The notes beneath the pieces are model-generated. The model was not told where the DNA came from, did not search any database, and worked only from the letters and a program-made list of their open reading frames with translations. Below, piece after piece: positions 24,463 through 36,617 of a stretch of 64,000 bases of DNA. Position numbers and translations under genes: made by a program. This DNA comes from Asterias rubens (taxonomy: Eukaryota): the NCBI RefSeq assembly GCF_902459465.1, contig NC_047082.1, forward strand, positions 10,106,001-10,170,000, given 5' to 3'. Position 1 is the first letter of the stretch. Every line of letters begins with the position of its first letter.

Positions 24463-25444
24463 TTAATAAACCACATGCCGATTTAACAAATAACTATATA
24501 TTGATCTTAACTCTATATTAACCTTAAATGCAACAAAAAGTGTGCTGTTTTACTATGGTTATACTGACAAACGCATCTTTAAAAAAAACCTAATCTCAGT
24601 GCTTTGTGAAATCGAGCCCGGCCGTTAAAACAAGATCGAATGTTAATTTAAATGGATGGCATATAGTGTGGTTATCACTTCAAAAGTTAATAACACTAAT
24701 ATCTTATCTGAAAAAAGGGTTCCATGCGTGACATCTATACATTCATGTATTATAATGATAATTGAATGACTCAAAACTTCAGGTATATTTTGCATCTATT
24801 CATAAACTGTGCAAATCTCGCGGTTCTAGTGTTAGACATTCCGGGATCGAGTTGTTTTGTAAACCATAATATCGAGTTGTCATCAACACTAACACTCAAA
24901 ATTACCATCAAACCTAGCTATCTTAGGCATAAAAAAACCTTGTTAATGCCCTTTTCCGACCGACCAGAAATCCACGGTAGCGTTTTTTTTTTCCATTTGG
25001 TGTTTTTTTTTACTTTATTTTTTAAAGTATTTTATACTTTGAATGCCAAATAAACGACAATAAACCCTTCATCCGACGCTGAAATATTATTTTAGCGTGC
25101 TGTCAGAAATCACGATAAACGATGAAGTGTTTGATATTGTCTGTTTTTTATATGGTCGTTCAAATTTTGTTGAAATTTGTTTTAAAGGGCGGCCTCGTCC
25201 AAAATTACTTGTTTTTTTTTAATGTTAACTTCGACATTTGTTTTGCTTATATTAAAATTAAAATTGTATTCGTTTTTTTTCTCAATAAGTGAGTTTAAAT
25301 AGATTTTGAAATAAGATTGAATAAATGTTTTTTATAATAATCTGAGTTGGGGTGTTTTTCTCGTTTTCATTCATACGGGACTTGCTCAGTCTATTAATTT
25401 GTAAATAATTGCTTTAAATAATGATATCTTTACATTGATATTAA

Positions 25445-26183
25445 AGGCAGCGGACACTATTGGTAATTACACAAAATAATTATTAGCATCAAACCTTATT
25501 TAGTAACGAGTAATGGGGAGAGGTTGATGGTATAAAATATTGTGACAAACTGTTCCCTCTGAAGTGGAGTAGTTTTCGAGAAAGAAGTAATTTTCCACTT
25601 ATTTGATTTCGAGACCTCAAGTTTAGAATTTGAGGTCTCGAAATCAATCATCTAAACGCACACAACTTCGTGTGACAAGGGTGTTTTTTCTTTCATAGTT
25701 ATCTCGCAACTCCATCGACCAATCGAGCTCCAATTTTCACAGGTTTGTTATTTTATGCATATGTTGCGCCACAGCAAGTGAGATGACTGGTCTTTGACAT
25801 GTACCAACAGTGTCCACTGGCTTTAAACCAAAATCTTAAACACGAAAACATCATGCTTTGTTTCCCAAATCAATGCAATGCCATTTTGTAGTCATAAAGT
25901 TATGCTCCCTTGCACTGCAGTTTACCTATACACCGTGTTTCCCGCCTGATGCCTATCCTCGTTCAAGGTATTGTACCTGGGTTTCTTAAAAAAAAAAAAA
26001 CTTGTATCTGGTGCTCGATGTGTGGTATTATAGTAACCTCCTACTTTTGTATTTTTTTATTATCTCGCAAGTTTGATGACCAATTGAGCTCAAATTTTCA
26101 CAGGTTTGTTAGTTTTTGCATATGTTGAGATACACCAACTGTGAAGGCTAGTCTTTGACAATTACCAATAGTGTCCACTGTCT
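25445..26183. mobile_element. Composite family-A MITE carrying 227-229 bp of captured DNA
   Basis: MITE 25445-25822, then a copy of 6637-6863 (25827-26055), then a second MITE right end (26056-26183). Confidence 0.85.
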
Positions 26184-26857
26184 TTAAATAATGATATCTT
26201 TACATTGATATTAAAAACTATACTTCAAAGAATAAGACTCCACATAGTGTATTTACAGCTTCTTGTTTTTTCGCTATTATGATACAGTGTTATAGTTCAC
26301 TCACATAAAGGACTTTTTCCAACGGGGACTATTTGAACGCTTGGTGGCGACAGACTCAAAAGGTAAATCTATCGTTCTTGGTGATTTGCGCATGTTCATA
26401 ACTACGTAACAAAATTACGTTCTGTAAGGGCTGCTACCACATAGAATCCCAAAAGTCCAAATAATTCTGATCCGATCAATTTTCTCCCCATGCAAATGAC
26501 AGTCGCTCCGGACCCAAATTGACAGAGCCGCGAACTTGCTCATTGCTACATTCGGTGTAATAATTTTAAATGGACAGTTTTAGGTGTTATTTTTGAGTGA
26601 AAATATTACGATTGTATACGAGGTCTTTTATGTAACCCCATGTAAAAGACCTTTATCTTAATCACGCTGTCACCATCTTGGCCATGTTCCCTGTTTCCAA
26701 CAGTAATGAATGGTTTTACATTCATTGCGCAAACAGGGCACCAGACTATTATTTCGTCCAGCCTCAGTTTGGTTACAATGACTTGAAATGGAGTAAAATC
26801 AAGATGGCCACACCGTGATAAAAGTACATACCAATCAGTCGCGACCTTGGTTTTTTT

Positions 26858-27553
26858 TTACAGTTCGAAGTAAGAGCAATCATTCACTTTCTTGAAGTCG
26901 CAGACATCAGCCTTGCGAGTAGCGTTGTTGAGCTGACAAATCTTACCCTGCTGCCAGAGATTGAAGGAGTGGCATCGAGGCTCCGCCAAGCACGCCTGAC
27001 CACACCCAATGACTCCCTTGGCTGTCAGGTTCTTGATGTCATGGTTGAGCAGACACTGTGATGCGAACCGACCGTCACCATCAGCTGTAAGGCACACGGG
27101 ATGAGGGACGCGCATCTCACAAGCAGCGAAGCTGACCTTATTACAGTCTGTATCGCCCCATTTACCACTGTACATGTACTTGCTAGCCATTCTGATACAG
27201 TGAGCAGTCACCTCATTTGGTTCGCCTACAAACCAGTTGTCAAACTTAAGTTTTACGTCCACCCCAGAGCATGTCAATTGTTTGTTAGTGTTGAAAACAT
27301 TACAGCAATTACAGAAATTATTTAGCTCTTGCCAAACATAATCATGCTTGTCTCGAGATTCAGGCATAACCATGGTACTTCCGGGCCGGTCACAAGCCCT
27401 CGTAGCATCGAACCAATTCATCCTCTCGGGTAGAAAGACGTAGCAGGAGTCTTGCCAAGTAAACCAGCCGGGAGGACAAGCTGCTTGCAACCCGTCAATG
27501 AAAAATACAAATAGAAAGCACACGTGGAAAACCCAAGCAGTAGATGCAGACAT
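26858..27553 (-). CDS. Intronless secreted C-type lectin domain + C-terminal PAN/apple domain protein (231 aa)
   Basis: Signal peptide; CPPGW...SCY...NWFDA...C; EPN motif (GEPNE) and WGDTDC; C-terminal CGQAC..EPRCHSFN..CQLN PAN pattern. Confidence 0.85.
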   Translation of the reverse strand: MSASTAWVFHVCFLFVFFIDGLQAACPPGWFTWQDSCYVFLPERMNWFDATRACDRPGSTMVMPESRDKHDYVWQELNNFCNCCNVFNTNKQLTCSGVDVKLKFDNWFVGEPNEVTAHCIRMASKYMYSGKWGDTDCNKVSFAACEMRVPHPVCLTADGDGRFASQCLLNHDIKNLTAKGVIGCGQACLAEPRCHSFNLWQQGKICQLNNATRKADVCDFKKVNDCSYFEL

Positions 27554-27830
27554 CTCGACTCTTATCAGACAAAGTTCAAAATGAATCTAGCTAGCAGGCT
27601 GGGAAGATAAATCTGGCTAAATTTTCTGATATTGAGGACTTCCACTCTCTATGTCGGTTGCTCTCCAAGTAAATTATAGACAATGATGAGCGTGGTATCA
27701 AAAACACAGACACAAAAACATGGTGTTTAATACAACTGTTGCTTGGCTACTAAGGACTCGGCTTCTCTAATTAATGCTTTCTTTATGCTTGAGTGGAGAA
27801 CCTCCCAACTGTATGTCACATTTCATGATT

Positions 27831-28148
27831 AATGCTGATGGCACAAACGTGGATATACCAATAACTATTTAAGTACATTCAATAATTAATGCTGATTGCA
27901 CTTGTGGGTCTACCAATCTTTGTTTGAGTAAAATAATGTTGATTGCACAAACGTGGATATACCAATAACTATTTATTGAGTACATTTCAATAACTAATGC
28001 TGATTGCACAAACGTGGGTATACCCAAAGCCATTTGAGTACATTTCAATAATTAATGCTGATTGCACAAATGTGGGTCTACCAATACTTTTTTGACTAAA
28101 ATAATGTTGATTGCACAATTGTGCATGTACCAATAACCATTCGAGTAC
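27831..28148. repeat. Minisatellite, six 47-61-bp units
   Basis: Units start aatg(c/t)tga(t/tt)gcac...; alternate long/short in an A-B-A-A-B-A pattern. Confidence 0.85.
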
Positions 28149-29001
28149 CTACGTATAACCATAGAGAAATTTCTTTATGGTATAACGACTAGTACTCCTG
28201 TGGAAAAAAACAGAGTTTGCGCATCTTTAGGTTTTCTCAGTCAAAAAAGTACAGCCAATTTAGTGTTCATGCATTCGAGTTATTAAAGCGATCTTGCCAA
28301 ACCAGTTGTTCCTGTGTTTCAAATTCAGAAATCGTGCATTCATTCAATTTCATTTTGTGACATTCGAATTCCTTTAGCAATGTGTTCAATATAAGATTAT
28401 AAGCTCGTTGGACTGGAAGGGCTCCTGCGAGTTTGAATGTTGTTTTATTGAATGTAAGTTGGATGTTTAGTTTGTTCAATCGAATGACGCAACATTACTT
28501 TTACCTAAAGGCTCAAAAAGAAATTAAATTACAAATTCAGACAGCAGTCAATTTCGTGTAAAATGGAGTGGTTTGGAGGTTACAATGGCTTCTCCAGGCG
28601 AAATTGACCGAGAAAACCTATTTTCTTTGCATCCGATGCTAAATTTTACATCTATTTTATTGTTGTACAAATCCATGGGTACAAACATTGTAATCCGTGC
28701 GTAAGGGTTCCTAAAATACTATAATTATAATAATACAAAGTTATGGTTATCATGAAAAGAAATCTGAAGTTTAGTTGACTGAAAACATATCTGTTGATTG
28801 GTTTTCAAGAGGCTGGGAGACTTTATGTTTGTTATATTTAGCATTGTGAATATAAACACGTGTGGTAACACTATGATCTCTGCGCGGTTTCTTAACGAAT
28901 TTGGAACCATCACTTAACTGTGCCATCTTGATTCATAGTGTGAACACATAGTCGGAATACAGAGTCAACAATCAATATCAACATAAATTTTACCATCAAA
29001 C

Positions 29002-29490
29002 ATGTACAGTTTCCACCAGACACCCCTGGAACCCCCACATGGTTTCCACACAGGAACCCCCACAGGAAACCCTAAGGAACCCCACAGGTTTCCACAGACA
29101 CAGCACATTATTTCCTCAGGAACCTCCTCAGTATTTCCCCAGGTGGAAACCTCAGAGGGTTTCGGAAGGAATCCACAAAGACTCCACAGAAACCTCCATG
29201 GGGTTTCCACAGGGACCCCACAGAGTTTCCACAGGAACATCCTCATTATTTCCCCAGGAACCCCCAGAGGGGGGTCTCCACGGGAACCTCCATGGGATTT
29301 CCACAGGGAACCCACAGGGTTTGCCCAAGATCCCCAGACGGTTTCCACAGAGGGTTCCACAAGAACCCCACAAGGACTCCACAGAAACCCCCACATGGAC
29401 TCCACCAGATGAACTCGACAGGGTTTCCACAGACACCTCATAAGGACTCCACAGGAACACCACTATGGTTTCCTCAGGAACCACCATAGG
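29002..29490. repeat. Degenerate CCACAGG/GAACCC-rich satellite
   Basis: Recurrent tttccacag, ggaacccc, ccccacatgg; explains the overlapping low-complexity ORFs. Confidence 0.8.
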
Positions 29491-29819
29491 CTGTGTGATA
29501 TTTGCATATTCATACAAATGTGAGCAATAAGCATTGGCACCATTAATTCAGCAATGCTGAAACAGGTGTGTTTGGCTAAATTGTTCATTCCAATGACCCA
29601 CTCTCGAGGTTTAACTGAATACCTACGGTTTTTACTTTTAGGAACTGATACAAAAATACGTTTTTTCAATTGAACTTCCTCGGCTTAAGCCGTTAGACAC
29701 AGCGCATGACAGGTTGTTAAACTAACAATTGTTTTGAATAAACATGAAGTTTATAATGTGTGCATAACTAATTAGATCACGACCATGTCATAAGGTGTGC
29801 CCACAATGTGCTCACATTT

Positions 29820-30058
29820 GGTGCGTTCGATTAGCTTCCCTGGGTCGACCCCGCGGTGCTCACTCGGGTGAGCCCCTGACATGAGCTAATCGAACGATCA
29901 CACTCGCCCTCTCGTGGTAACGGCATGCACCTCGGGTCACCCCAAGTGACCCACTCTACAAGCAGGGCACTGGGGCTGACCCGGGTGAGCCCGTCAAAGC
30001 TATTCGAACGCACCGGGGCAGACCGGGGTCGACCCAGGGAAGCTAAACAAACGCAACC
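29820..30058. mobile_element. Palindromic MITE family I (also 35879-36033 and 39101-39253)
   Basis: TIR GGGTGCGTTCGTTTAGCTTCCCTGGGTCGACCCCG; 3-bp TSDs att..att (35879 copy) and tta..tta (39101 copy), Harbinger-like. Confidence 0.8.
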
Positions 30059-31251
30059 ATGCACTGTGGGCCAGTAGAGGAAAATATAAAAATATCGAGT
30101 TATATTATGTGTGCATAACTAATTAGATCACGACCATGTCATAAGGTGTGCCCACACTGCGTTCAAAGTTGCCATTTTAATGTTTCCTCTCTTAAACTTC
30201 CTCGAGTCCATTAAACTGTTTTTTGTTTGTTATAGTAAATCTGTATTCTCTTTATTTGTGATAACAAAATAATTAAATGAAAAATAAGCTGTTGACAACC
30301 AAAATGACCCATTGTACTAAACAAACACAACTCTTTTGGGTGCCATATTTCGACCCGCGGCAGGTAGGATGTATACTTATATCGTGTCCGAATTACACGT
30401 GGATCCATATTGTTAAAAACAAATAAAAAACAACTATAAAAAAACCCCAAAAACATCCAAACAGGCAAACAAAGAAAGACACAAATATACATGGGGTGAC
30501 TATACCCGAACCCCGTCTACAGAAAAAGCATTCTCGATAAAGCTTTGTTGAGTCCTTTCTCTATTTTTGACCTAGTACCCGCAATCTGTTTTCGCCTGGA
30601 AAAAATATGCATACGGGATTGAGACCATTACTAAACAAGTGACCAGCTGAACATTCCTAAGCCTGGGGTGTCACTGTGGACTGAAAATCCTCACTGTTAT
30701 GCAAATGAGGATGATTGCGTTGTTTTCAAAGTACTTATAGTGGCGAATTCGCCGTCTGAATGGCCAGTCAATGTGTGTAGATCCTCCAACGCTGGACAGC
30801 AGTGATTAGAGGCATTATATAACTCTGTATTGTAACGGTAAAATACCGGTAATGACTTATCCATTCATCGAAACAGACAAGTACAATACATATGAAGCGC
30901 GAAGTCGAGGCTCTACACGTGCAAGCCTTGCTGCTTGGTGCATGCAAGGCAGGGCATCGTTCACTTTGGACCAAGTCGCGCTGGAGCACAGCCGTATCTC
31001 TCGGCTCTTCGTGGGATCTGGACCTCGCCTTTTCTGATGAACTTTTACTTGTAAATTTATCAAACATTCTTACTGTGGCCAACCATGGGCATTCAAAAAC
31101 ATTTGGGCAATAAATGGTGCACCTTTTGATCCAATTATGACATTCGTTATCGGAGGTTTTGCCGAAAGTGGAAGTAGGACCTAATGGAGAGAGCCCGGGG
31201 GATTGGCTGTGAACTGCAATAGTGAAACTTCACGACCGAAGCCAGCTCCAA

Positions 31252-31320
31252 TCTAGCCACCTCCAATCTAGCCAGCTCCCATCCAGCCAGCTCCCATCCA
31301 GCCAGCTCCCATCCAGCCAG
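31252..31320. repeat. 15-bp tandem repeat (gccagctcc(c/a)atc(c/t)a) x~4.5
   Basis: Directly visible. Confidence 0.85.
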
Positions 31321-32159
31321 ACTTTAATGAACATTGATATGACTTTTTGTGATATGCTGAGATTCTAAAGAGGCTGGATGGGACCTCAAGATGAGCGTGT
31401 ATTATCTGTGGATATGTGGTTTGTGGACGAACATTGGAGTCCTCGCCGGAGTCACCGCCGGATTCAGGTAAGGAAAACTTGGCACCATCCGACCTCCACT
31501 TTTTAGCTGGCTGAAAAAAACACCTTGATACTAAAATGTTGAACAGGGGGGTTGTACAAGTTTTACTGTAGTGGGAAATCACGTTTCATTTTGTGATAAA
31601 TACAAAATTTGAGTTGAATTGAAAACTGCCTCTTATAAGTTGTGAAAAGAACCTGCGATTTAAAGGTATAATTAAACAAATTTGTTACAATTTGTACAAT
31701 TATTTTAGAAAACACACAATAAACACGAGTTGAATTGAAAACTCTTTATTGTGAAAGAAAGAACCTTCCGTTTATAGGTTGAATTTAAAAAAAATTATAA
31801 TATGAAAGAATTTTTCAAATTAAATAGTTTAAGACAATTTTTACACACACATAAATAATAAATAGTGGAGGTCGGATAACGCAAGTTATCCAGTCAAGAT
31901 CAAGATCAAGGCGAAGACGTCGAAGTGTAAGAGAAGATCTAACCCGTTCTCTTGCAGAATCCCACCCCTCGTACCGCCCTTCCCCTCCAAGATATTCTTC
32001 GATCTTGTTGATGTTGTCCTTACTTGTGCAGCTTTCAAAGGTGACGTCACATTTTCCTGGCTTTTCTTGAGATGCATATTGGTCGAAGCCAATGATGCTT
32101 TTTAGTTGGGAGACTGGTCCTACTGGAAATTTCTGTCGGGGTTGATACTTCAAAGTCGT

Positions 32160-33115
32160 CAGTTGTCATGCTTATTATAGTTGTAAAATATTTAAAATAT
32201 TGTAACTATTTGTCCAGAAAGATGAGTAATATTCTTCCTGGAAATAAAATAAAAATGAGAAATAAAATTCAAAAATACAAATTAGATACTGCCTTTACTG
32301 CTTTATTTCGTATCGTAAGCACATAACCCTCCCCTGTGTTTAAAATCGTCAGTTGTCATGTTTATTATAGTTGTAAAATGTTTAAATTATTGTAACTATT
32401 TGTCCAGAAAGATGAGTAATATTCTTCCTGGAAATAAAATAAAAATGAGAAATAAAATTTATAAAATACAAATTAGATACTGCCTTTACTGCTTTATTTC
32501 GTATCGTAGGCACATAACCCTCCCCTGTGTTTAAAATCTTCAGTTATCATGTTTATTATAGTTGTAAAATGTATAAATTATTGTAATTATTTGTCCAGAA
32601 AGATGGGTAATATTCTTTCTGGAAATAAAATAGAAATGAGAAATAAAATTCAAAAATACAAATTAGATACTGCCTTTACTGCTTTATTTCGTATCGTAAG
32701 CACATAACCCTCCCCTGTGTTTAAAATCGTCAGTTGTCATGTTTATTATAGTTGTAAAATGTTTAAATTATTGTAACTATTTGTCCAGAAAGATGAGTAA
32801 TATTCTCTCTGGAAATAAAATAAAAATGAGAAATAAAATTTATAAAATACAAAATAGATACTGCCTTTACTGCTTTATTTCGTATCGTAAGCACATAACC
32901 CTCCCCTGTGTTTAAAATCTTCAGTTGTCATGTTTATTATAGTTGTAAAATGTTTAAATTATTGTAACTATTTGTCCAGAAAGATGAGTAATATTCTTCC
33001 TGGAAATAAAATATAAAATAAAAATGAGAAATAAAATTTATAAAATACAAATTAGATACTGCCTTTACTGTTTTATTTCGTATCGTAAGCACATAACCCT
33101 CCCCTGTGTTTAAAA
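32160..33115. repeat. Tandem array of five ~190-bp units
   Basis: Unit starts cagtt(g/a)tcatg at 32160, 32350, 32541, 32731, 32921. Confidence 0.95.
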
Positions 33116-33816
33116 AATATATATCATAGTAGTAAAATATTATTCCAGTCCTATCACTATTCACTTGATGACTAATGTTTGATTTAGGAATTGTAAATAT
33201 ATTATTCAGACCAGCTAAATAAATATTTACATATTCCTGACATTGTCAGCATAGCATCAATTCTGAATGTGAAATTTAAAACTTAAAATGCAACAAATAT
33301 AACAAACTTAATCTTTTTTTGTACAACAAAGAAGTTCTAAAACTGAAACATTTTATCTGAAAGCTTTTAGGGCTTATCAAATAAATGCGCTTAGCTCAAG
33401 TATTCGTCAGCGCTGCGGTGAAGGAAAACAACTATAAAAAAAATATATATAAAAAAAAAATCCCGGAGAAGACGAGAGAGGAGAAAAGATGGTGAACAAG
33501 AGCAGATAATCCATGAAGGATGACATCACTGACCTGGGTATGTACGGGTGGTAAGATTGTGTTGGCCTAGAAATAAGACTAACTATCTACTTATTCAGCA
33601 GATCCAATGGCGAAAGGTTAAGTATAAGGGTTGACTGGCGTAGTGCTTAGTCTTGGTTCCAAGACGCTCTTGAATCAAAACTAAGAACTACGCCGTCAGA
33701 AGTAAACGAGTGGCTTGACGATGAAGACTCTCCCTGTGATGTTCCTGATGAGTGACCGGAGGCAAGACCGAGGTCGGCTGTTTGCAACAAAGGTCAAGTA
33801 TAACAGGTGAAGTATC

Positions 33817-33963
33817 TAACAACCGCTTCCTCCACAGGGATTCTAACAACCGCTTCCTCCACAGGGATTCTAACAACCGCTTCCTCCACAGGGATTCTAA
33901 CAACCGTTTCCTCCACATAACAACCGCTTCCTCCACAGGGATTCTAACAACCGCTTCCTCCAC
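33817..33963. repeat. 27-bp tandem repeat taacaaccgcttcctccacagggattc x~5.5
   Basis: Directly visible. Confidence 0.9.
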
Positions 33964-36245
33964 TGGTAGTCTAACCTTTAATCTTTCTTTCACAAGACAC
34001 AATACTTGTTTATGTTTTCTAACGCTGTAACCTTTTTTTCACACAGATGAGGACGTTGAAATGCAGAAAGTTACGTGACGATGTTCCTTTGATCTCATGT
34101 GTGACCTGGGCCCAATTTCATAGAGCTGCTAAGCACAACAATTTGCTTAGCATTTAAAAAAAATCCTTGATAAAAAACAGGGTTACCAACCAAATTTCCA
34201 TTTGTTGAATATTCAGCTGCTGTTTGCTTATGCTGAAAAATCACGTGGAAATTTGGTTGGTAATTCTGTTTTTATCAAGGCAAACATTTTATGCTAAGCA
34301 GAATTTTTGTGCTTAGCAGATCTGTGAAATTGAGCTCTGAAGTCGGTGAAGTGTTTGCAGCAAAGGCTAAGTATATAAAGTGCAGTATTAGGTAAAGTAT
34401 AAGGGTAGGTGTGAACGCAAACATAATCCTCTCCTCTGTAGCTTCTAATGTTTATCCTTGCTTTTATTTTCCACAGTTGGATTGCTAAAATTGATAGTGG
34501 CAAACAAGTGTGCACAGATGGCAGCTCTAAGACACCGTAGATGACGTCGGCTTGGTAAAGTATTGGGGTTATTTCGGATGGATAACCTGACTTTCGCTAA
34601 TAGGAGACTTTTAGGACGCTTGGTGGCAGCAGACTTACCAGGTAAATTCCATTGTTCCCGGTAATGTGCGCATGCTCAGAGCTACGTAAACAATTGAAAT
34701 TTAGCTGGTAGGTCTGCTGCCACCTAGCGTTCCATAGTCTCCCATTGTTCTGACTCCAAAATGCTGACCATCCTTTTTTTGTCTTTCTTCAAAAAGCAGA
34801 TTATGTTTAATCTTGAAGATGATGAAGTAGTTTGGGTGCTGAAATCTTCACTGAGCTGAGTTGATGTCTATCAACAGGGACCATGGTCATTCACAAGATG
34901 CGGTAATGTATCGGTTTATAACCATTTAGTAACTGGTGAAGAAAGTACCTTCTAAATGAGGCAACAACTCCTCAGTCAAGAAAATTTGGAGGAGCGTGAA
35001 CAAATCTAAACGTCAGTTGACTGAAAAACCAGTTTTTGAATCTATCAAACGAAAGACAGTTGTAAACTGAAGTTAAAATAATGTCATTTGAGATTTGACA
35101 ACAAGCACAGACGACTCTGACCCCAACCACCGTGGTGAAACAAGTTGAGAATCATGTTAAACCTGCCATACAGTTATTTTTTGTACGCTCCAAACAAAAT
35201 CCTTTCTAAAACAATGGCGTGTGCTCTTCTTGCAATTGTTCATTAAATTATGTTAATTAACACAAACTAAATTGTTTGGATGAACAGATGTGGAAGATAC
35301 TGGAAGTGCTGACTATTGGATCTGTATGGATGGGCATTGATGGAGGGTACATGTGCAAGGAGCAGCTTCGTAAGTTTTAGCAAAGGTAACAATTGGTAAA
35401 TGAGCTAATGTTTCAGAATCGGCAACTTTGAAGATTTCAAATCATACTTTTTACTAAAATTACATTCGTTCCCAGCCTTTATTTTGCAATAAACACACCA
35501 TACAACCAACTGGTGACAAATTTCATCAGAAAAGGAGGTCAAGAATTTCAGGAAAAAAAGATTAGAAAAAACACAAAAGGAAAGACAAATTCTGTCATGT
35601 TCGATGAGTTGACGAACTGTTTAGGCCTAAAGGAGAATTCCTTGCATATGGAAGCATTTTAACTTGACTATTCCTTGTTAGAAAACAACTGTCACTTGTG
35701 TAAACAGTATTCTCAAAAATTGATCTTTAGAAATCCTTTATTATTTACCACAGAGTTAAGTTTTCCGGAAAAATATTTACAAAAAATAGTATGTCATGTT
35801 TTGTCTTGTTGAATGAGTTGAAGAAATTATTGGACCTGAAGGAGACTTCAAACCTAACTTTTCCTTAGAACAACCATTGGGTGCGTTCGTTTAGCTTCCC
35901 TGGGTCGACCCCGGTGTGTGGCGTTTTTTATTTTTTTGCAAGGACGAACGTGTGCAAATATTACCCACGTTCGTCCTGGAAAAAAAACCGCCACACACCG
36001 GGGTCGACCCAGGGAAGCTAAACGAACGCACCCATTTACTTGTCTAAACATTATTTAGCGAAGTTTATCTTTTGAAATCTTTTATTATTTACCACAGATT
36101 TAGGCGAATGAGCTATATGAGATGAAGTACTCCCAATATCGAGGCTAATCAACGCTTTATGGACTATTGGCTTGCCATCATCCGAAGAAAGACTTTGCAA
36201 GTCTAGCTATATAAGTTCAACTGTAAGTTTTGGCAAAAGTGTTAA

Positions 36246-36617
36246 AAGAAAACATTGTCTTGGATCGGTCGAGTTGGTCTATGAAAAGCGTTAGTAACCG
36301 TTTGTTATAAAATGCATATGGTTAGAAAGATATTATAAAAGTAGAATATGATGATCCACACAAGTATCACTCAGTTGCGTGGTTTTCCTTTAACCTCGTC
36401 AACTAACACGGTCTCCCATTTATGGGAGTCAAATGTTCCCATTCTGGCCGACTGTGTTAGTTCGCCAAGTAAAAGGAAAACCACGCAAGTTCGAGGCAAA
36501 TGTGTTGGTCATGACTTTCTACTTTAAAACATCTTTCTAACCATAATGCATTTTATAACAAACTGTTGCAGACGCTTTTCAAAGACCAACTCGACCGATC
36601 CAAGGCAACGTGTTCCT
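36246..36617. mobile_element. TTAA-type MITE family E
   Basis: ~50-bp TIR ..ttggatcggtcgagttggtc..; homologous to 48801-49165. Confidence 0.75.

Noticed and set aside
27831-28148. CRISPR-like periodicity (also 33817-33963 and 32160-33115)
   Set aside because: Inter-repeat segments are homologous to each other rather than unique spacers; eukaryotic context with no cas genes
28965-29517. Several overlapping 120-158-aa ORFs on both strands
   Set aside because: Products of a degenerate stop-poor satellite
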